Assembly (NCBI GenBank): GCA_040905905.1
Contig: JBBDQN010000029.1
Location: 47,154 to 111,153 of the forward strand
DNA from: Acidimicrobiia bacterium
Lineage (GTDB): Bacteria > Actinomycetota > Acidimicrobiia > Spongiisociales > ZC4RG35
Length of the DNA stretch: 64,000 nt
Direction: 5' to 3'
Shown here: positions 40,017-49,001 of the stretch, piece after piece
How positions within the stretch are numbered: the stretch's first letter is position 1
Layout: each line of letters starts with the position of its first letter
Notes under the pieces: generated by a model
What the model was told of the DNA's origin: nothing
The model's input: the letters and a program-made list of their open reading frames with translations, nothing else
Databases searched by the model: none
Position numbers and translations under genes: made by a program

Positions 40017-41013
40017 GCCCCGGGTCTGGGACATCCACGCCCACTACCTCCCTGCCTCGGCTCTCGACCTGATGGGCCAGGGCCTGGTCCAAGTCCACCT
40101 AGACACCGTCGACGGGACTCCCGACGCAATTACCGTCAACGGGATGCCGGTCGGTGCCACCATCCACCAGCTGGCCAACGTGTCGGGGATCATCGCTGCC
40201 ACCGATCGGGCCGGTATCGACAGCCGGGTGCTCTCCCCCCCGCCCTTCACCTACCGGTACTGGGACGACCCGGCCCGCACCGTCCGCCTCGACCGGCTCA
40301 TCAACGAGGCCACCGCTGCGGTCGTGGCCGACCACCCCGATCGGTTCGTCGGGCTGGCCACCGTCCCCCTCCAGGACACCGAAGCGGCGATCGCCGAGGC
40401 TATGAGAGCGCGGGACGAGCTGGGGCTGGTGGGAGTCACCCTGGGGACCAATGTTGCCGGTGGCAATGTCGACGACCACGATCGCCGCCCTTTCCTCGCC
40501 GCGGTAGCCGAAGCCGGGATGCCAGTGCTGATCCACCCCGACTTCGTCCCCAACCCGCGGACCGCCGACTACTACCTCATCAATCTGATCGGGTTGCCAG
40601 TCGAATCGACGGTGACCATGGCCAACATGGTGTTCTCCGGGATCTTCGAGGAGATCCCTGAGCTCAGGGTCTGCTTCATGCACGGAGGCGGAGCCGCCCC
40701 TTATCTTCTCGGTCGGTGGGACCACGGCTGGCGGGTCCGGCCCGAGGCCAGGCTCGATAGGACCAGCCCGCCTTCCCAGGGCTTGGCCAACGTGTTCTGC
40801 GACACTCTGACCCACTCGCCGCTCGCGCTCGCCTTCCTCGTCGAGCTGCTCGGCGAGGCCAACGTTGTGATCGGCACCGACCTTCCATTCGATGTCGAAG
40901 ACGCCGATCCCCGTGGTCATCTGCGCCAGGCCCCTCGACTTACCGACCGCCAGATCGAGGTTATCGAGACGGAGAGCCCGTTGCGCTGGCTGACCGGGGA
41001 GGCCACCCCATGA
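40009..41013 (+). CDS. amidohydrolase_2 family (ACMSD-like)
   Basis: DIHAH, LIHP, HGGG..PY..GR.DHGW, GTDLPFD. Confidence 0.88.
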   Translation: MARPRVWDIHAHYLPASALDLMGQGLVQVHLDTVDGTPDAITVNGMPVGATIHQLANVSGIIAATDRAGIDSRVLSPPPFTYRYWDDPARTVRLDRLINEATAAVVADHPDRFVGLATVPLQDTEAAIAEAMRARDELGLVGVTLGTNVAGGNVDDHDRRPFLAAVAEAGMPVLIHPDFVPNPRTADYYLINLIGLPVESTVTMANMVFSGIFEEIPELRVCFMHGGGAAPYLLGRWDHGWRVRPEARLDRTSPPSQGLANVFCDTLTHSPLALAFLVELLGEANVVIGTDLPFDVEDADPRGHLRQAPRLTDRQIEVIETESPLRWLTGEATP

Positions 41014-41354
41014 TCATCCGCCGCTTCGAAGACCTTGAGAAGTACTCACCCCCTGGTCATCAGGGTGTGGTCAACCGACTTCTGGCCGGGAGGTCCCTTG
41101 GCGACGGCGACTCGGTGAGCGTGTGGCACGGCCGGCTCCAGCCGGGCGGGCGATCCGACCTCCACACCCACGAAGGGAGTCTCCAGATCTATTTCGCGAT
41201 CTCGGGTGAAATGGTGGTCGGCGACGGGAACGTCGAGTCGGTGCTCACACCGCTGGGGACCGTGGTCGTCCCGGTGGGGTCGCAGCACTTCATCGAGAAC
41301 CGCAGCAGCCGGCTTGCCGAAATTCTCGTGATCTCGGTTCCCGCCCTCCGCTGA
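41010..41354 (+). CDS. cupin domain protein
   Basis: PGGRSDLHTHE, PVGSQHFIEN. Confidence 0.85.
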   Translation: MIIRRFEDLEKYSPPGHQGVVNRLLAGRSLGDGDSVSVWHGRLQPGGRSDLHTHEGSLQIYFAISGEMVVGDGNVESVLTPLGTVVVPVGSQHFIENRSSRLAEILVISVPALR

Positions 41355-41355
41355 G

Positions 41356-42330
41356 CTAACCGAGCAAGGGAAGGGCCAGAGGCCGAATCGGGCCGGCGGT
41401 GGCCCCTCGCAGTTTGAGGGCGGCTCCCAGGTAACAGAACTCGTAGAGCTCCGCTTCGGCAATTGCCTCGAGATCGACCACCTCGATGATGGGGACCCCG
41501 GCCTCGGCCAGTAAGTAGGTGTGGACCGGCAGCCAATTCTCCGGGTCGGCCGAGGGGAGCTGCTCTAAGGCGACATTGTCCGCCCCGATCATGGCCGCTC
41601 CTCTCTCCGCCAGCCAGGTTGCACCCGCCCGGTCCAGACCGGGCTCACGTAGGAGATATGCGCCCGGGTCGGGCCAGGTGGAACCCCGTCCGGTGCGGAT
41701 CATCACCACGTCACCGGGTAGGACCTCGGTTCCCTGCCGGGATGCCGTGGCCTCCAGCTCGTGGGGCCCAATGGGGAACGAGTCGGGAAGAAGGTCCACG
41801 TCGTGGGCGGTGGCCACGTCAAGGAGGATCCCGCGGGCGATCACCGGTGGGTGTGTGTCGGGACCGGCAACCGTCCACCCGGTGCTTCCCAGGTGCTCAC
41901 CGGTGGTGAAGCCATTCCAAATGGCGTCGCCATACCCGAAGTGGTTGAGCGTGTCCACATGGGTGCCGCAATGGGTGAACATGGATAGCGAGTCGGCCGA
42001 CCATCCGACGAGCCGGTTCTGTTCGGCGCCCACCCCCACCGGATCGTCGACCACGCTGCCTTGGGGTGTGTGGTTCATCCAGATCTGGAACGGGGGCTCA
42101 CCCCCCTGGGTCCAAGTTGGCATTCCGGCGAACAGGTCGACCGAAAGGTCGAAAATCCTGGTGGCGTCCGCCCGGCCCAACATAGATGCCGAAATCTCGG
42201 GAGTGACCAGATTCAGCATCCCGATCTGATCGTCCACCCCGAACGGGCTGAGGGTCACCTTATGGCGGACCGCCGACCAGGCAGCGATCCTGGAGCGGGT
42301 GTGGTCGTCAAGGTAGGAGGGCCCGCACAT
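41356..42330 (-). CDS. cyclase family metallohydrolase (kynurenine formamidase-like)
   Basis: HCGTHVD, IRTG, EPG, IGADN, H..LL...G..IIE. Confidence 0.9.
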   Translation of the reverse strand: MCGPSYLDDHTRSRIAAWSAVRHKVTLSPFGVDDQIGMLNLVTPEISASMLGRADATRIFDLSVDLFAGMPTWTQGGEPPFQIWMNHTPQGSVVDDPVGVGAEQNRLVGWSADSLSMFTHCGTHVDTLNHFGYGDAIWNGFTTGEHLGSTGWTVAGPDTHPPVIARGILLDVATAHDVDLLPDSFPIGPHELEATASRQGTEVLPGDVVMIRTGRGSTWPDPGAYLLREPGLDRAGATWLAERGAAMIGADNVALEQLPSADPENWLPVHTYLLAEAGVPIIEVVDLEAIAEAELYEFCYLGAALKLRGATAGPIRPLALPLLG

Positions 42331-42332
42331 CG

Positions 42333-43514
42333 CTAGTTAGCTCCGGCCGGCGGGGTTGAACGGACCCATTCCCTAATTTGGCTTTCATGCTCTCCTAGTT
42401 GAGGCGGCGGCATCGGGTCCTCATGAGCCCCGTCGTAATTGATCGGGCTCTTCACCAATCTCAGCGGCCCCCGCAAGGGATCCAGGAGAGAGGTCACCAT
42501 CGCCGCCCCTTCGGGTGAGTCGAAGACTTGGTCGATACTCCTGGTCGGTGCCGCGGGCACCCCCGCCTTGGCGAGGGCATTCACCCAGTGGGCGACGTCC
42601 GCGGTCTCGAAAATTGCCGACATCTCGGCGACCAGGCTCACCCGGTTGCTCACGCGGTTTGAGTTGGTTGCATAACGGGGGTCTCCCGCCAAATCGGCAC
42701 GCCCCAAGGCGGAACAGGTCGCCCGGAAAAGCTTATCGTTGGCTGCGGCGAGAACGACACGCCCGTCAAGGGCGTCGAACGCCTGGTAAGGAACGATGTT
42801 GGGGTGGGCGTCGCCGAAGGCGGTTGGGACCACACCACCCATCAGATAATTGGCGGCCTGGTTGACCAGGCTGGCCACACTGGCCTCGAAGAGACCGACC
42901 TCGACCCGCCTCCCCGCACCGTCCTGGTCTCGCTGTCGGAGCGCAGCGAGAATGCCGGTGGCGGCGTACAGCCCAGCGATCACATCGAGGACGGCTACTC
43001 CAATCTTCACTCCTCCCCGACCCGGTTCACCGGTTATCGACATAAACCCCGATATCGCCTGCATCATCAAGTCGTAACCCGGAAAGTTGCGCTGCCTGGG
43101 ATGGGCAAAGGCCGGGATCGAGCAGTAAACCAGACGAGGGTTGATAGTTCTCAGGTCGTCATACCCCAGACCGTGGCGGTCCATGACGTCGGAGCGGAAG
43201 TTCTCAACGAGGACATCGGAGCGGGCTGCGATCTCACGAGCAAGAGCCAGATCGTCCGGAGCCTCCAAGTCGAGCGCGATCGATCTCTTATTTCGATTGA
43301 TCGAGAGGAAATAGGCGGCGTCCCCGGCGATAAAGGGAGGGCCCCAGGTCCGCGTGTCGTCGCCGGTGCCGGGTCGTTCGATCTTGATCACGTCGGCGCC
43401 AAGATCGCCGAGGACCATGGTGCACAACGGCCCGGCCAGGACCCTGGTGAAGTCAGCGATCACCACACCATCCAGCGGCAGCGCTGATCGATCAGGAGTG
43501 GCTGTGTTTGCCAT
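42333..43514 (-). CDS. CaiB/BaiF family III CoA transferase
   Basis: LAGPLC..LGDLGADVIKIE, NRNKRSI, VENFR, PQLGEH. Confidence 0.94.
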   Translation of the reverse strand: MANTATPDRSALPLDGVVIADFTRVLAGPLCTMVLGDLGADVIKIERPGTGDDTRTWGPPFIAGDAAYFLSINRNKRSIALDLEAPDDLALAREIAARSDVLVENFRSDVMDRHGLGYDDLRTINPRLVYCSIPAFAHPRQRNFPGYDLMMQAISGFMSITGEPGRGGVKIGVAVLDVIAGLYAATGILAALRQRDQDGAGRRVEVGLFEASVASLVNQAANYLMGGVVPTAFGDAHPNIVPYQAFDALDGRVVLAAANDKLFRATCSALGRADLAGDPRYATNSNRVSNRVSLVAEMSAIFETADVAHWVNALAKAGVPAAPTRSIDQVFDSPEGAAMVTSLLDPLRGPLRLVKSPINYDGAHEDPMPPPQLGEHESQIREWVRSTPPAGAN

Positions 43515-43760
43515 TGCCGGGCACGATACAAGAACACTCCGGGTTGTCCCACTGACTAAAACCGGCGTGCCGCTTGCCAGAATCCCTTCGACCCGATCGT
43601 CGACCTGGATGGGTCCGGATTAAGCCTGGCAGTAGGGGGTTTTGCTCAAGCCCGTCGTCTTCCCCCAACATCCCTTGACCTTCCCGAGAAGTTGTGGTTT
43701 GAACCACTGTTGCCCCATAGGTTCAAGTTGGGGAATAGCAGCTGGACAGTTCGGCGAACC

Positions 43761-44273
43761 TCACACGAAGATGATCTGTGCTCCCTCGGAGATTTCGATG
43801 AAGTCGGCGGCGCTGATGATCCCTTCAACCCTGGAGTAGAGCTGATCTTCGCCAATGTGCATCATGTCGGCGGACATCCGACACGCCCAGAGGTGACCGC
43901 CGGCGTCAGTGATCATCTCCAAGAACTCAGGAACGTCCGGCACGTCGATGCCCTCGATCTGCTTCTTCATCATGTGGGTTGCGAACGAGGTCATACCCGG
44001 CAAACCCATGAGCGACGGCGGCATGTGCGTGGCTGGATTGCCGACCGGCGTGAACTTGAGATGCGCCATCGTGTCCTTGTTGATGATGTCGAAACCCCAG
44101 AACGTGAAGAACAGGTGAGTCTCAATCCCCTCACCAAGGGCGGCGTTGGCGAGCACCAGGCCCGGGTAGGCCATGTCAAGCGATCCCTTCGAGCAGATGA
44201 TGCACAACTTGCGAGTCGTGGCACCTTCTTCGTCAAAAGCCGGAATCGGAGCGGCTGCAAGTGTTGTAGTCAT
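43761..44273 (-). CDS. DsrE/DsrF/DrsH-like sulfurtransferase (DsrE2-type)
   Basis: SKGSLDMAYP, FFTFWG, ACRMSADMM. Confidence 0.9.
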   Translation of the reverse strand: MTTTLAAAPIPAFDEEGATTRKLCIICSKGSLDMAYPGLVLANAALGEGIETHLFFTFWGFDIINKDTMAHLKFTPVGNPATHMPPSLMGLPGMTSFATHMMKKQIEGIDVPDVPEFLEMITDAGGHLWACRMSADMMHIGEDQLYSRVEGIISAADFIEISEGAQIIFV

Positions 44274-44282
44274 GATCTCTCC

Positions 44283-44597
44283 TTAAACGCAACCAACCGG
44301 CTTGGGAAGACCGGCCACATAGGCCATCTTCTTCGCCGGCTTCTTGGGGAACAGTGCAAACATGTCCTTGGTCGGAACGCCCCCGGCAGTCGCCATCCGG
44401 CGCAAGGTCGGGGTTTCGCTTGTCGCCTCGAAATCCGAACGAGCGAAACGAATGGCCGACCAGTGCCGATCGGTTAGATCGATTCCGATATTGGCGGCCA
44501 ATACTTCGGCCAGAGCCTCATCCCACTCGGAGGGGTCAGTGAGAAAGCCCTCGACATCGACGTGGATGTCGCGACCTTCAATCGTTGCAACCGTCAT
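44283..44597 (-). CDS. tusE: TusE/DsrC/DsvC sulfur relay protein
   Basis: EGFL...W, LTDRHW, C-terminal AGLPKPVGCV. Confidence 0.9.
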   Translation of the reverse strand: MTVATIEGRDIHVDVEGFLTDPSEWDEALAEVLAANIGIDLTDRHWSAIRFARSDFEATSETPTLRRMATAGGVPTKDMFALFPKKPAKKMAYVAGLPKPVGCV

Positions 44598-45853
44598 AGG
44601 GTCACTTCCTCTCGTTCGACTTGGAGTGTGGGCGCGTTCTTGCCGGCCATCGACATCGCGGTCGGAACCGGAAGCCTGCGGCCGGGCAGCAACATGTGCC
44701 AGTAGATTGGCCTAAAGGCCAATTTCCCGAAGTGGTTGAGCCTCGTTTCCTTGAGAAGGCTGAGCGGCCCAATCCCCGGCAGGGGGTACATGCCTGGCAA
44801 AGGCTCGGTGTCGTAGTTGAAGTCAATCAGTAGCGCCTTTCCTGCCCCCGATTCAACAAAGCAGTTGGCATGGCCATCAAACTTGCGGTCCATCGGACGC
44901 CCGGCGATGTGGTCCAAGAAATTCTCAACGAACACATCCACCGCGAAATGGGCTACGGAACCAGCCTTTGAGATGGGGAGGGCGGCAGCATCACCGAGAG
45001 CGAACACGTTCTGGCAACCGGTCGCAAGGAACGTAAAGGGATCCACCTTGACGTGGTTCAACTCATCACCGAGTCCTGATCGCCCTACATAGTCGGCTCC
45101 CATATTGAGGGGCACAGTCACCAAGAGGTCGAACGGAATGGACCGCTCGTCGTACGAGACGATCGCGCCCTCGTCGATGCGTTCAATGGTGAAATCTGCC
45201 TCGACCCGGATATCTCGCTGTTCGAGCATGCTTCCAAGGCGCGCGGACGCAATCGGTTTGGTAAAGGCGCCCGACAGTGGTGTCGCAAAAGTCAAATCCA
45301 CGCGATCTCGAATTCCGCGTTGCTTCAAGTAGTCGTCGGCCAAAAACGCGAACTCGAGTGGAGCAACCGGGCACTTGATCGGAAGCTCGGTGATATGAAC
45401 AACCAGCCGTCCGCCATTCCAATCCTCCAGCGCTCGCCGAAGCGCTAGCGCACCGTCAAGCGTGTAGAACTCATGAACGGTCTTGCCGTACTGGTAGCCG
45501 ACCATTCCGGGGGTCATGTCGGGACGCGGATGGGTCCCGGTTGCGATAACTAGCTGGTCATATGAGATTGCCTTACCGCTGACGAGCTCGACGAAGCTGC
45601 CCTCCGAATCGACCCTCTGCACTTCTTCAGTGATCAAGTCGACGCCGGCGGGCAAAAGTGGTTGGGTCGGCTTCTCCAGGTCGGCCGCCTGGTATCGCCC
45701 GAACGGAATAAAAAGAAGCCCGGGCTGGTAGATGTGGAGCTTGGCGGGCTCCACAACTGTTATCTCCCACTCCCTCGGGGAGAGGAGAGGGCGTAGTTTG
45801 TTGACGACCATCGTGCCGGCCGTGCCGGCTCCAAGCACTAACAAACGTTTCAT
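44594..45853 (-). CDS. sqr: sulfide:quinone oxidoreductase (type III-like)
   Basis: LGAGTAG, YQPG, IKCPVAP, KAGS.AH, FDGHANCF. Confidence 0.88.
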   Translation of the reverse strand: MKRLLVLGAGTAGTMVVNKLRPLLSPREWEITVVEPAKLHIYQPGLLFIPFGRYQAADLEKPTQPLLPAGVDLITEEVQRVDSEGSFVELVSGKAISYDQLVIATGTHPRPDMTPGMVGYQYGKTVHEFYTLDGALALRRALEDWNGGRLVVHITELPIKCPVAPLEFAFLADDYLKQRGIRDRVDLTFATPLSGAFTKPIASARLGSMLEQRDIRVEADFTIERIDEGAIVSYDERSIPFDLLVTVPLNMGADYVGRSGLGDELNHVKVDPFTFLATGCQNVFALGDAAALPISKAGSVAHFAVDVFVENFLDHIAGRPMDRKFDGHANCFVESGAGKALLIDFNYDTEPLPGMYPLPGIGPLSLLKETRLNHFGKLAFRPIYWHMLLPGRRLPVPTAMSMAGKNAPTLQVEREEVTL

Positions 45854-45906
45854 CAAACCTCGTTTAGATACACCACCAAGCTACGGCTGGGGCCTCAGGC
45901 TCAGGT

Positions 45907-45950
45907 AGGGCCGAATGGCCCCAGCTGAGCTGCATTGGACTCAAGGTCCT
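45907..45950. promoter_or_regulatory. DosR/OsdR-like boxes upstream of sqr
   Basis: AGGGCCGAATGGCCCC (45907-45922) and TGGACTCAAGGTCCT (45936-45950); minus-strand TAGCTT -10 at 45883-45878. Confidence 0.55.
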
Positions 45951-46116
45951 GAGCGATTGGAGGCATATGAATCATCTGGCGATCGTCGGGCGGGCAGTGT
46001 GACTCACCATCGTGGATCCGCAGGCTCCGACCTGAAGCATGAAGTCAGTTTCACTCTGTGCGGACCGGATGACGCCCACGCAGCTGCAGTGCGGGGCATG
46101 GCTTGTCAAGCATCGG

Positions 46117-46947
46117 TCAATCGCGTGGATCCTCATTCGGCCGGATCAACGCCACGGGTCCCCAGGCTTCCTTGACCACGTCGGTAGCGACGCTGCCGAG
46201 CAGGACCCGCTTCAAGCCCCGCCGGCCGTGAGTGGCCATTACGACCATCGTTGCCGCATCTTCTCCAAACCCTTCGATGATGGACCGCGCCGGATTGAGG
46301 GAATGCAGCACATCCCAATCGACCTTGATGCCGAACCCCTCTAGCTCTCTCGAAAGATTGTGAACGTAAGTGCTCTCAAAGGCGGTGACGAACGGAGGCA
46401 GATTGGGTGGCACCACCTGAATCACCCACAGGTGAGCCTGCAGAGCCACAGCCCATCTGGCTCCTTCGGATATGCTGAGTTCCGAGAACTCAGATCCATC
46501 AACGCAAGCAACGATTCGTTCGATCGCCATCGGCGCTCCGGCACCCGGACCATATGCCATGATCGGCCGATCCGGCTGGCCCACCAAGTCAACCGCGGTG
46601 GAACCAAGAAGTGTCGTTCCCATCCCACCCCGTCCATGGGTGCCAATTGCTACAACAGCGTTTCCGACCTCCGTCGCGTACGAGCCGATCTCATTGACCG
46701 CTGACCCGCCGGAGGGGACATCTCGGATGATCAATTTGTACGGCTTGTCTTTAAGAAGGTCGGCCGCCTGCCTGATCGCCACTGCCTTGCCAGCAGTGTC
46801 CGAAGCCGCATGAAAGACATGCAACTCCGCCTGAGTGCGCGCTGCCAGAGTCGCACCACCAGCCAAGGCAATCCCGGCAAGCTTTGAACCGTCGGTGGCG
46901 ATAATCACATGCAAAAATGGCGCCTTCAGCTGAAACGAATCGGTCAC
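46117..46947 (-). CDS. tandem universal stress protein
   Basis: Two USP domains: ATDGS...THGRGG..LLGSTA and CVDGS...THGRRG...LLGSVA; GGAG RBS before GTG 46947. Confidence 0.92.
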   Translation of the reverse strand: MTDSFQLKAPFLHVIIATDGSKLAGIALAGGATLAARTQAELHVFHAASDTAGKAVAIRQAADLLKDKPYKLIIRDVPSGGSAVNEIGSYATEVGNAVVAIGTHGRGGMGTTLLGSTAVDLVGQPDRPIMAYGPGAGAPMAIERIVACVDGSEFSELSISEGARWAVALQAHLWVIQVVPPNLPPFVTAFESTYVHNLSRELEGFGIKVDWDVLHSLNPARSIIEGFGEDAATMVVMATHGRRGLKRVLLGSVATDVVKEAWGPVALIRPNEDPRD

Positions 46948-47192
46948 GATCTCCTCTTTGTTCGGACAGTTCCAATCTGCCTTTGGTGACAATGGGTTTT
47001 TAGAGGCAAACGGCACTTAATCGCTGACAAACAGCGGGTTCCAAAGACTGCGTCCGCGGCCGGACCCGGCGGTCTTGTCGGGCAACCACCATGACTCCTT
47101 GTTCGACTACGGCCCATGCGTACCGAAGAGCCAGCTCCCCCACCAGAGCAGAACGCCCTCAGCCTCGCTGCGTCCACTGATGCGCCAAGATG

Positions 47193-47612
47193 TCAGAGGA
47201 TCCGCCGGCCAGTGATCTCCGACGGGCGTATGCGAACCCACGTCGTGGGACGCAAATCGGGAACCCATGATGCCAGCCCGACTCTTTCCAGCTCGGCGAT
47301 CTCCGACTCGTCGTAAACGGTCTCAGCCCGTCCCCGGACCAATACGCTCCAACCTGTTCGGGCCGACAGGTCCCAGTCGTCGATCTCGAAAGCGGCCGTC
47401 GCGTTAGCCCAGACCATGTCAAGTTTCTCACCCGGTGCAGTCCGAAAGACAATGGCACCCTTCGTATAGGCGAATAACAACGGAAGTATCAACGGCTCAC
47501 CGGCATACAGCACGCTTATTCGGCCGATCAAGGTGCGCGAAAGCAACTCCTCGCACTCGGCCAGACTCATTACTTGAAGACCTCGCCGATCGGTCGGGAC
47601 GGAGTCGGTCAC
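47193..47612 (-). CDS. pyridoxamine 5'-phosphate oxidase-like flavin-binding protein
   Basis: ECEELL, IVFRT, AFEID, GWSVLVRG, ITGRR. Confidence 0.9.
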   Translation of the reverse strand: MTDSVPTDRRGLQVMSLAECEELLSRTLIGRISVLYAGEPLILPLLFAYTKGAIVFRTAPGEKLDMVWANATAAFEIDDWDLSARTGWSVLVRGRAETVYDESEIAELERVGLASWVPDLRPTTWVRIRPSEITGRRIL

Positions 47613-47708
47613 AATCCACCTGCCTTTCCCTCTTGCCTTCTCACGGGGTCGAATGTTTGGAGCTCGCAGGATGGGCGTTGTAAACCACCCTTTCGATCGG
47701 GGTCATAC

Positions 47709-48098
47709 TCACAGGTCAGCGGCTTCCACTTCGGCTGCCATGGCATCGAGATCACCGGCTACCGGACGATGGTTCCACACCTTCAGTCCGCTGACCAGAT
47801 GCGCATATTTCGTCGCCTGACCTGACCGAACCGCCATCCGGATGGGGAGATCACTACGCAAGGAGTCTTTGTAATGAGCAAGGATGTCTCGATGTTGGTC
47901 CTGGTCGAGATCAAACTCGAACACAATTCCGTGGGCCCCTTCGGCCAACTCGCAACCCCCGCCCGTGAGGAGTGGGCACTGCGAGTTAGGTCTGGGGCCG
48001 TGGCACACCATGACCTGGTGGCCCAACTGTTCGAGAAATTCCCGATCGACCACGTCGCTCCCCTCTGGGATATCGAAAAGGATGTAACTCTCATCCAT
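47709..48098 (-). CDS. hypothetical protein with three-Cys motif
   Basis: GGAG RBS; VCHGP...CPLL...CEL. Confidence 0.75.
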   Translation of the reverse strand: MDESYILFDIPEGSDVVDREFLEQLGHQVMVCHGPRPNSQCPLLTGGGCELAEGAHGIVFEFDLDQDQHRDILAHYKDSLRSDLPIRMAVRSGQATKYAHLVSGLKVWNHRPVAGDLDAMAAEVEAADL

Positions 48099-48169
48099 GA
48101 CCTCAACTCCTTTTGCTTCCAGCCTGGCCTCAGTACCCCATAGTCCGAAAGAGGAGAAAGTCATGTTCC

Positions 48170-48274
48170 CGTGGGACCTTGGTTTGGAGTCATCTGGTCT
48201 CGGCCCGTCAGGACCCATGCGAAACCGATACCGTGAAGAGCCAAAGGTCACCCGGCTAAAGCCTGTTCGGCCCT
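48170..48274. promoter_or_regulatory. cluster of degenerate DosR/OsdR-like sites
   Basis: GAGCCAAAGGTCAC (48238-48251), AAGCCTGTTCGGCCCT (48259-48274), plus GGGACCTT and TCGGCCC half-sites in the divergent region. Confidence 0.4.
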
Positions 48275-48359
48275 ATTCGGCCACTTTGCGCACAGGAAGA
48301 CTGGGACCTGGACCGATCACCGGCCTGGTGATCGAGTTTCATCAACAGAAAGGGCACAA

Positions 48360-48773
48360 GTGAGAAAAACCGCCTCCGTCTTTTCGATCGTGATCGGACT
48401 GCTGCTGATCCTCGGAGGGACGGCAACTTGGATCGTCGTCAGCAGCACTCTCGGCGAACAGAAGATCACGGTCGCCGATGATGCCTCATGTCTAGCCGGT
48501 GACGAGGTCAACGGACCGTTTAGCGCCTATTGTGAGGCGAAGATCATCGACCAGCACGCTCTCGACGCCACAGGTGGCTTGCATTACTCGGAGCTTGATC
48601 GGGATGATCCTCTACGCCAGGTTGCACAAAGCGCGGCGTTCCTCCAAGCCTCCCTGTTCACGTCGGTCGTGGCTTTTGGCGTGGCCGGCATGGCGATACT
48701 GATCGGGGTGCTTTTCATCCTGATCGGCTTGGGCATCAGGGATGTAGCCGTCCGTAGCATGCCAAGCGCTTAA
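48360..48773 (+). CDS. actinobacterial two-TM membrane protein
   Basis: TM-ITVADDA...PFSAY...HAL...FLQASLFTSVVAFGV-TM; GAAAGG RBS. Confidence 0.82.
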   Translation: MRKTASVFSIVIGLLLILGGTATWIVVSSTLGEQKITVADDASCLAGDEVNGPFSAYCEAKIIDQHALDATGGLHYSELDRDDPLRQVAQSAAFLQASLFTSVVAFGVAGMAILIGVLFILIGLGIRDVAVRSMPSA

Positions 48774-48869
48774 CAACCTCAGTCACTCACTGGGTAAGAC
48801 CCGAAAGCGACGTTGCCTAAGGTTCTTCCTGCTCCATCTCGCCCTGTTCGTCCTCTCTCTTTTTGGGGT

Positions 48870-48968
48870 GGGGACCTGGGCGAGCAAGTCAGACATCCGG
48901 TCCACTCGCCCACGCCATTCTCTCTCGAGATGGTCGAGAGCTTGCTGGGGCACGGCGGACCGCGTCGT
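48870..48968 (-). pseudogene. possible frameshifted C-terminal remnant of an ArsR-type regulator
   Basis: Minus strand reads DAVRRA, frameshift, then QQALDHLEREWRGRVDRMSDLLA, resembling ArsR C-terminal helices. Confidence 0.4.
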
Positions 48969-49001
48969 GAGTTGCTGGAAGCCTTTTAATCGTCACGTTG
49001 C

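Noticed and set aside
43698-43726. TTGAACC...GGTTCAA inverted repeat after dsrE
   Set aside because: A short stem with a long loop and no other support
48314-48334. 8-bp hairpin CGATCACC-N5-GGTGATCG
   Set aside because: Single occurrence; an operator, a leader structure and chance cannot be told apart
48360-48773. Family I recall being auto-annotated as aromatic ring-opening dioxygenase LigA
   Set aside because: It is a two-TM membrane protein with no dioxygenase features and is not evidence of meta-cleavage
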